From Pseudomonadota bacterium (GTDB taxonomy: Bacteria > Pseudomonadota > Alphaproteobacteria > Rickettsiales > RGZB01): a DNA stretch of 64,000 bases. Below are positions 10,439 to 17,080 of this stretch, piece after piece. Under the pieces are notes generated by a model. The model searched no databases. It saw only the letters and a program-made list of their open reading frames with translations, and had not been told where the DNA came from. Position 1 is the first letter of the stretch. The number at the start of each line of letters is the position of its first letter. The position numbers were made by a program, and so were the translations under genes. The stretch is taken from assembly GCA_010031735.1 (NCBI GenBank), contig RGZB01000001.1:6168-70167 (forward strand). The letters run 5' to 3'.

Positions 10439-11493
10439 AGGCACATACGTTCAATAACACCATCAACATCTTCGACGACATCCATATGACCTGCAAGGCC
10501 GTGCTGTTCGGCGAGCGAGATCATCGGGTTCCAGAAGCCTTTTGTCGTACGGCCATTCTTGATATACGACGCATTTACCAGCACGATCGGCTTCTTCTTA
10601 AGGAGCGGATCGTTCTTCTTCTTGAGTTGTAGGAGCACCAATAATTCCTGCACCGTACCCATACCGCCGGGCAGGATCACGAAAGCATTCGATTTCTGGA
10701 TCATGACCTCCATACGCGTGTAGATATCATCGCGCGGCCAGAATTGGTTGAGGCCATCGGGCAGCCCTTCCATCTCGATGATGTGCGGCACGTTCGAACC
10801 ACCGGTCCAGCCACCCGCTTCATAACCACCACGCACCACTTCACCCATGATGCCGGTACGGCCAGCACCCGTGACACAGCCGAAGCCATTCCGCGCGATA
10901 TCCTGACCAATTTTATACCCCATCTTCAGATACTGTTCTTCCTTCGTGCTTGCCGAACAGAAGACGCACACCTTTTTCGAAGGTTCTTTCATGCTTGGAT
11001 CACCCGGTTTGGAGTCCGGTTTCGCACGTTTCTGGTGCGTGCGTACTTTTTCGACTTTCACCGCACCTTCTTTCAATGCCTTCACCACATCCTGCGGCTT
11101 GTTCACGACGGTCAGTATCTCCTGCCAATGCTGGCTTACCGTACCGCGTTCATGCAGATGGCCGAGGAGGTTCAGCCATGAGGTCCAGGACTTATCGGAA
11201 TTCATCATGATGGTGGGTTTGCCGTTCAGGGCCATATCGCCCGTCTGGTAGCCCACGAAAATCGAGGTGCTGTTCAGTACGTCATCGATCGTAGCACCCG
11301 GCAGGAATACGAAGCCGTGCGATTCATCGATCTTACGCTGGATGTTCCACAGGTGAATGGCTTGGTCGCCATTTCCGTTATAGATATTCCAACCTTCAAG
11401 GAAAAGATGATAAAGAATTTCAGCGCGGACTTTGCGGAGTTCTGGGCTATCACTATCCGTAATGGTGCCCGAGAGTCGAATATTTTTAGGCAT
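10435..11493 (-). CDS. LOG / TIGR00730-family protein with a duplicated, degenerate N-terminal LOG-like half
   Basis: The C-terminal half has the canonical LOG motifs (GAGRTGIMG, LPGGMGTVQELL). The N-terminal ~150 aa repeats the fold signature but with FLPGATIDDVL in place of PGGxGTxxE. Confidence 0.7.
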   Translation of the reverse strand: MPKNIRLSGTITDSDSPELRKVRAEILYHLFLEGWNIYNGNGDQAIHLWNIQRKIDESHGFVFLPGATIDDVLNSTSIFVGYQTGDMALNGKPTIMMNSDKSWTSWLNLLGHLHERGTVSQHWQEILTVVNKPQDVVKALKEGAVKVEKVRTHQKRAKPDSKPGDPSMKEPSKKVCVFCSASTKEEQYLKMGYKIGQDIARNGFGCVTGAGRTGIMGEVVRGGYEAGGWTGGSNVPHIIEMEGLPDGLNQFWPRDDIYTRMEVMIQKSNAFVILPGGMGTVQELLVLLQLKKKNDPLLKKKPIVLVNASYIKNGRTTKGFWNPMISLAEQHGLAGHMDVVEDVDGVIERMCL

Positions 11494-11504
11494 AAACCTC
11501 TTGA

Positions 11505-11897
11505 CTATTTATGCTTCGATTGTACGTGTTTGCGCAGCGTAAATCCACCTAAAACCAGCAAAATCAACGGAAAAAACCATAATATTGCCGTTGACAATTG
11601 CAGGGGTGGTGAAAGCAATATCTCATCGCCGTAACGTTGCTGCATGAAGTCCCTGACCTCTTGGTCGCTCTTGCCTTGTTCGATCTCCTTACGGATGACG
11701 ATACGCATCTCGCGTGCAAGCTCGGCGTTCGAATCATGGATCGATTGTCCACTGCACACCATGCATTTAATCTCATTGAAGAGGGCAACTGCGCGCGATT
11801 CCTGATCGGCATCCGCAAGTTTATCATCAAGCGTGAAAGCAACCACCAGCTGAGGCAGCAAGGCAATTACGAGTATTATAAGCCTAAGGCTTCTCAC
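11505..11897 (-). CDS. ccmH: cytochrome c-type biogenesis protein CcmH
   Basis: CXXC motif KCMVCSGQSI and a C-terminal TM helix. A GTG at 11897 preceded by GGAGAA yields the signal peptide (M)RSLRLIILVIALL. The longest ORF reaches 11966. Confidence 0.75.
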   Translation of the reverse strand: MRSLRLIILVIALLPQLVVAFTLDDKLADADQESRAVALFNEIKCMVCSGQSIHDSNAELAREMRIVIRKEIEQGKSDQEVRDFMQQRYGDEILLSPPLQLSTAILWFFPLILLVLGGFTLRKHVQSKHK

Positions 11898-12435
11898 TCG
11901 TTTTCTCCATGATCTTCTCCATCGACGCATCGGTGATGGCGCCACGCTTGTGGTAGATGATGACACCTTTCTTGTTTATCAGATAACTCTCCGGCATGCC
12001 GACCAAGCCCATCTGAACCATGAACATATTATCCTTATCGAGCAGCACTTCTTTATAAGGATTGCCGTATTTATCCAGCCAGTTGATGGCATCCGCCTGC
12101 TTATCGGACCAATTGATCGCATAGAGCGTGATGTTATGCGACTTGAATTTTTCCTGCGTTTTCGGATCCATCAAATACGCATGCTCTGCAAGACATGTCA
12201 CGCACCAGGAAGCAAACACATTGATAAATACATATTCCCCTTTGAGGTCTTCATTGCGGAAAGATTTGTTGTTCTTAAGTGTATAGAGGGTAAATTGAGG
12301 GATCGTGGTACCTACGAGCGGTGAATTCTCTTCATCCGCGGTCTCTGCCGCGTTCCGATGGTACAAGTGAACCGTGAAGCCAACTGCCAGAAAAAGAAAC
12401 AGAATGAACGGAATAAATTCGATATGTCTCTTCAT
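11884..12435 (-). CDS. ccmG: thiol:disulfide interchange protein CcmG/DsbE
   Basis: TM anchor plus thioredoxin motif ASWCVTC. The start MKRHIEF overlaps the ccmF stop as TAATG. The longest ORF extends to 12519. Confidence 0.85.
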   Translation of the reverse strand: MKRHIEFIPFILFLFLAVGFTVHLYHRNAAETADEENSPLVGTTIPQFTLYTLKNNKSFRNEDLKGEYVFINVFASWCVTCLAEHAYLMDPKTQEKFKSHNITLYAINWSDKQADAINWLDKYGNPYKEVLLDKDNMFMVQMGLVGMPESYLINKKGVIIYHKRGAITDASMEKIMEKTSEKP

Positions 12436-14369
12436 TATTTCTTCTTTAGTGTTTTTACTGTGGCATGACCATAGAGTGAGCATAAAAGCCCGAGAGCTAT
12501 CAAACAACAAGAAAGCCATATCCAGCTTACCATCGGACGATAAAAGAGTTTTACTGCGTGCTTTCCATCACGCATCGGTTCACCGATCACCGCATACACA
12601 TCAGCAAACACGCCATAGTGAAGTGCGGATTCAGTGGTTGTATCTTTCTCGACCGGATAGACCCGCCTTTCAGGATAGAGCGAAGCATAGTGTGAACCTT
12701 CGCTCGATACAGCGAATTCACCGCGTTCGTAAAGGTAGTTCTTCGCCATGCCTTCCGTGACATTCTTCAAGGTAACGGTATAACCCGCAAGCTCCAGATG
12801 CTCCCCTAAGGCTAATTGCCCTTCTGCATCCTTCTCATAGATCGAACAGATCGCAATCGATAGCACCAGGAGTGCCAAACCTGCATGCGCCAACAGCATC
12901 CCAAGGATACGAGGAGGGAAAAACCGTGCGAGCGGTTTGTTGCTCGATGCACGGTATTTCTGCAGGTGCATGTTCGCCATACGGATGAGTGAGCATAACA
13001 ACCAAACGCTCGATGCCACGGCAAAGGATGCAAGCACATGTTTTGCATGTGTCAGGGTGGTCATGAAGGAAAATGCCAGCACCGCCACGATGATGCTTTT
13101 TTGCTCGCGTGCGATCACTTGAGAGAATGCTTCCTGCTTCCACATGACCGAAGGTGCAGCAGCGGCCAGCACGAGCAACGCACAGGCAATCGGATTCACC
13201 AACGTGTTGAAATAGGGAGCACCGACCGACACATGCTGGCCCGTGAAGGTTTCAAGCAGGATGGGATAAATCACGCCCATGAACACCGTCGCGCATAACA
13301 CTACGAGCACGAGGTTATTGATCATGATGGCCCCTTCCCTCGAAACCAATCGGTATGATGCCTTGGACAGGAAATGTCGGCTACGCAGTGAGAAGAGGAA
13401 GAGCGCAAACCCTACGACGATCACCATGATGAGAAGGATGAAGAGACCACGTAGCGGATCGGAGGCAAAACTATGCACCGAACTGAGCACGCCCGAGCGC
13501 ACCAAAAAGAAGCCCGTGAGCGAAAGAGAGAATGTGAGTATGCCGAGGAAGAGTGTCCAGCATTTGAGTGTGCCACGTTTCTCCACCACGAGTAATGCAT
13601 GCACAAAGGCAATCGCAGAGAGCCACGGAAACAACGATGAATTCTCCACCGGATCCCAAAACCAGAAGCCGCCCCAACCGAGTTCACGATACGCCCACCA
13701 ACTCCCCATGCCGATACCGCAGGTGAGAAATGCAAGCCCAAGGAGCGCCCATTTTTTGGTGAAGCTCACCCATTCTGGTGGCATTTTTTGGAGCCATAAC
13801 GCCGCCAGAGACGAAGAAAACACGACCGACATACAGACGTAGCCGGTGTATAAAATCGGCGGGTGTAACGCGAGCCCAATGTCCTGTAGCAAGGGGTTCA
13901 GACCTGCCCCATTGGGAGGCACAGGCCAAATCATTTCGAAAGGATTGGAAGTAAATCTGCTGTATATGACAACAAGAAGCAATATAATATTATTAAATAA
14001 CAATGTATAATATAAAATATCTGACTTAATAAATAATTTATTTACTGTAATCCTATAATTTATATAGGCCAGCATAAAAATAAACATTAAAAATGAACCC
14101 TCATGATTACCCCATGTTCCGGTGATTTTATAGAGGGTTGGCTTTAGGGTGTGCGAGTTATTATAGACTAATAACAATGAAAAATCAGATAGATAAAACG
14201 AATATATCAACCAAAGGAAGGCCACGCTCAGCAGCACGGCAGAAGCTTGTGTACCGATTTTAAGTAACTTTAAGTTATTAATATTCCTATTGTTCAATAC
14301 AATAATAGAGATAACTAAACTTAAAGTCATCAGTGCTGAGTTAAGAAATATAAGCCCTATGTTGATCAT
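12435..14369 (-). CDS. ccmF: cytochrome c heme lyase subunit CcmF
   Basis: 644-aa polytopic protein with WGNHEGS and the WWD motif WWAYRELGWGGFWFWDPVEN. Confidence 0.95.
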   Translation of the reverse strand: MINIGLIFLNSALMTLSLVISIIVLNNRNINNLKLLKIGTQASAVLLSVAFLWLIYSFYLSDFSLLLVYNNSHTLKPTLYKITGTWGNHEGSFLMFIFMLAYINYRITVNKLFIKSDILYYTLLFNNIILLLVVIYSRFTSNPFEMIWPVPPNGAGLNPLLQDIGLALHPPILYTGYVCMSVVFSSSLAALWLQKMPPEWVSFTKKWALLGLAFLTCGIGMGSWWAYRELGWGGFWFWDPVENSSLFPWLSAIAFVHALLVVEKRGTLKCWTLFLGILTFSLSLTGFFLVRSGVLSSVHSFASDPLRGLFILLIMVIVVGFALFLFSLRSRHFLSKASYRLVSREGAIMINNLVLVVLCATVFMGVIYPILLETFTGQHVSVGAPYFNTLVNPIACALLVLAAAAPSVMWKQEAFSQVIAREQKSIIVAVLAFSFMTTLTHAKHVLASFAVASSVWLLCSLIRMANMHLQKYRASSNKPLARFFPPRILGMLLAHAGLALLVLSIAICSIYEKDAEGQLALGEHLELAGYTVTLKNVTEGMAKNYLYERGEFAVSSEGSHYASLYPERRVYPVEKDTTTESALHYGVFADVYAVIGEPMRDGKHAVKLFYRPMVSWIWLSCCLIALGLLCSLYGHATVKTLKKK

Positions 14370-14388
14370 CTGCGATATATAACCTAAC

Positions 14389-14856
14389 CTATTGTTTATA
14401 ATTAGATTTCCAGTGACCTGACTTCTTTATGGCGTCGGATACTTCCGGAGGCATATACTTCTCATCGTGCTTCGCCATGATCGTTTTTGCGATGAAAATT
14501 TTACCATCATACGATCCTTCAGCCACCACACCCTGACCTTCACGAAATAAATTCGGGATGAGGCCCGTATAAGTGACTGGAATGGAATTCGCACCGTCCG
14601 TCACAATGAAATGATAACTGCCGGATTTTTCTTGCAGGGAGCCCTTTTCGACGAGGCCACCGACACGCACTCTTGTAGTCGGTGAAGGCATTTTTGCCAG
14701 TAGTTCACTCGGGCTGAAAAAGAAAACAAGATTATCACGGAATACCACCGAGAACCCTGCAAAACCCGCAGAAATGCTAGCTATAGCAAGCACTATGATA
14801 AACGCACGCTTCCATTTATAGCGCCTGGGATGCATGTTTGCCCACCTTGGGTTCAC
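14389..14856 (-). CDS. ccmE: cytochrome c maturation heme chaperone CcmE
   Basis: N-terminal anchor, OB-fold region, and the heme-binding motif MAKHDEKYMPPEV. An alternative start MHPRRYK lies at 14835. Confidence 0.9.
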   Translation of the reverse strand: MNPRWANMHPRRYKWKRAFIIVLAIASISAGFAGFSVVFRDNLVFFFSPSELLAKMPSPTTRVRVGGLVEKGSLQEKSGSYHFIVTDGANSIPVTYTGLIPNLFREGQGVVAEGSYDGKIFIAKTIMAKHDEKYMPPEVSDAIKKSGHWKSNYKQ

Positions 14857-14974
14857 TGCGCTTCGTAATAGAACGGTAGGAAACGACCGTGTGCGTCAGC
14901 AGCCCAGCCATCAAAACCAGTGCAACGGCATAGGCCGATGCGATAAAATGCCAATATTCTCCTGCTGCGACCAT
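14816..14974 (-). CDS. ccmD: heme exporter protein CcmD (small membrane protein)
   Basis: Internal Met of the 112-aa ORF gives a 52-aa MVAAGEYWHFIASAYAVALVLMAG.. single-TM peptide of CcmD type, immediately upstream of ccmE. The upstream half of the ORF (to 15154) is unexplained. Confidence 0.5.
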   Translation of the reverse strand: MVAAGEYWHFIASAYAVALVLMAGLLTHTVVSYRSITKRSEPKVGKHASQAL

Positions 14975-15220
14975 ACCATCCTCTGTTCCAGCATCGTTTC
15001 TATAGAAAAACACCAAAAACGCAAGAATTATTGCCAGATGAGAGAGTCGACTACCATATATAGTAAAAAGTCGTAAAAACCCTGTTTTAAAGACGTTATA
15101 GCCTACCCATACGGTTACATATACCCTAAAACCAGAGGTAAGTGGCCGCTGCACTTAACAAATCCTTAACATTTCCTTGGTATGATGGCTTCCATAGCGA
15201 CAGGAATAGGGGAGTAATTT

Positions 15221-16315
15221 ATGCCAAATGTGCCAAATCCAGAGTTCGATTTTAATGGCAATAGTGAGCCGCAGAGGCCATTGCCACCTGGCGTAAATCC
15301 ATTTGATTTCGATGCGTATGATAAAGATCCAGACTCACCTGTGGTGAATCCAGCGGTGTCATCTCCGATTCCGAAACCGATAACTGTCCAACCACCCAAA
15401 ACCGATGCGGATGCAGAAAAACCTATTGTTGCTGCGCCGAAGGCTGAAAAGAAACCTATGTCTACGGCTTCATGGTATGCCGTAACCGGTACCGCACTGA
15501 GTGCAACACTCGGTGGCGCTGTAGGCGCCGGTGTTGGTTTCTTGATCGCAGGTCCTGCAGGCCTTATTCCAGGTTATACGTATGGCACCATCGCGTCTGA
15601 AGCAGTGATCGTGGCTGTGCCAGAAGTACTAATTGCAGTAGAAAGCCTCTCTCGTGCCCTTGAGAAAAATGGCAGCGACATTGGTGCCGTAGAGTGGCTG
15701 GAAGCACGCCGCCAGGAAGTAAATGGTATAGGTAGCGGTATCGTCACGACCATAGGCGAATTAAGAGATATGATCGGTAATGGCCTTCAATTCGTTCGCG
15801 ATGGTGTAGGTACTATCGTTCAAGGCCGTATCGATGGTTTCAAAGAAAACGGAACCGCAGCCGGTGTAGGTATCGGTGTTGTTGCGGGCGTAGGTGGCCT
15901 TCTTACCGGTGGCACCGCAGTTCTTCCCATCGTAGTCGGTGGTGTCGCATTGAAAGCAGCGGATGCACTGCTGCCAGAAGGTTATCAACCGCTGAACTAT
16001 CTATTACGTACGGGTCGCGATCTTGTGGAAGCCGTCGATAACGGCGGTCAGATGATGCTGGAGAAAGAAAAGGACGGTGAAGAGCCGAAGTTACTGCCAA
16101 AACGTTATGAAGAACTTTCAAAAGCAGTAGAGCTCGAGCTAAAAGGCCGTAAAATCAGTGTCGATAAAGATCAATTAAAAGCGCTCGTGGATCCTATCGC
16201 GGCTGAGATCGCAAAAACCTTTCCACAAGTGAAATTCGTGGTCATTCAGGGTGGTGTCATTGCGCCCAACCTCAGCAAATCAAAACGCAAAACGAGCGAC
16301 ATGAGCGTGAAATAA
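15221..16315 (+). CDS. hypothetical membrane protein with a Pro-rich N-terminus and two glycine-zipper hydrophobic blocks
   Basis: 364-aa ORF with no signal peptide. Hydrophobic blocks are GTALSATLGGAVGAGVGFLIAGPAGLIPG and AAGVGIGVVAGVGGLLTGGTAVLPIVVGGV. The C-terminus is basic (SKSKRKTSDMSVK). Confidence 0.6.
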   Translation: MPNVPNPEFDFNGNSEPQRPLPPGVNPFDFDAYDKDPDSPVVNPAVSSPIPKPITVQPPKTDADAEKPIVAAPKAEKKPMSTASWYAVTGTALSATLGGAVGAGVGFLIAGPAGLIPGYTYGTIASEAVIVAVPEVLIAVESLSRALEKNGSDIGAVEWLEARRQEVNGIGSGIVTTIGELRDMIGNGLQFVRDGVGTIVQGRIDGFKENGTAAGVGIGVVAGVGGLLTGGTAVLPIVVGGVALKAADALLPEGYQPLNYLLRTGRDLVEAVDNGGQMMLEKEKDGEEPKLLPKRYEELSKAVELELKGRKISVDKDQLKALVDPIAAEIAKTFPQVKFVVIQGGVIAPNLSKSKRKTSDMSVK

Positions 16316-16335
16316 AAGAAGCCCGTGCAGCTCAA

Positions 16336-17079
16336 TTGGAAAGGGTCGGTCTTGGTGAAGGTCTCAAAACCGCTATCATGCACCAGCTGGACAAAGGCGG
16401 CATCCCGGGCGCCGATCTAGAAAAGAACGCGGATTCGATCATCCGCTCTCTGGAACAGAATATGATTACTTCCGGCAGGCCACCCGTAGCGGTGATTCAA
16501 GAGTACATGACCTCACTTCAAAAATGGGTAGACCAACAAACCGGTAGAACTACCACCTCTAGCGAAGTAGATGTCGAGCTCGTCGATCCGGCTTCACTCA
16601 ACAGAACCGAAGTAATGGATGCGCCGGGTTCCGGTGTGAAGAAAGCCGGCGCAAAAATGGAAGTCATGACCGGTAAAAGCCTGTCGAATGATGCGTGGGT
16701 TGCACTGCTTTCCGCCGTAACGGAAGGCACGAAAGATAAAAAATTTGATGCCAGTAATAAAAACGTTCCTTATGCGATTGCACAAGCACTCGTACCGGTC
16801 ATCGAACAAAGTCCTAAACTTCAGAATCCGGACTCTTTCGAGAAGCTGATGAAGGCACTGAAGAACGTTTCTATCTATATGACTAAAAGTGCAGAAGACG
16901 AGCGCAACCTCCCACAAAAACTGGCAGGCAAAGTCAGAGAACAGGCAAGTGGTGTTGGTAGAGCAGCAGACACCGAACGCAAGAGGGATGGTGGTTCTGG
17001 CATGAGCCGTGGCGGTGACGCTAGGAAGCAACCGGATGTCAGGAAAAAACCTGACGCGGATGCTACGCAAGCTGACTGA
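16336..17079 (+). CDS. hypothetical protein with a charged, basic C-terminal tail; possibly the C-terminal part of the preceding gene
   Basis: 247-aa ORF called from a TTG with no obvious SD. Its frame is open from 16207 and overlaps the 3' end of the upstream ORF. Confidence 0.45.
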   Translation: MERVGLGEGLKTAIMHQLDKGGIPGADLEKNADSIIRSLEQNMITSGRPPVAVIQEYMTSLQKWVDQQTGRTTTSSEVDVELVDPASLNRTEVMDAPGSGVKKAGAKMEVMTGKSLSNDAWVALLSAVTEGTKDKKFDASNKNVPYAIAQALVPVIEQSPKLQNPDSFEKLMKALKNVSIYMTKSAEDERNLPQKLAGKVREQASGVGRAADTERKRDGGSGMSRGGDARKQPDVRKKPDADATQAD

Positions 17080-17080
17080 T

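Noticed and set aside
14975-15154. The N-terminal 60 aa of the 112-aa ORF upstream of the CcmD-like peptide, considered as a possible CcmC remnant.
   Set aside because: The hydrophobic sequence has no WGxxWxWD or other CcmC motif. I cannot tell whether it is coding, so only the CcmD-like C-terminal part is called.
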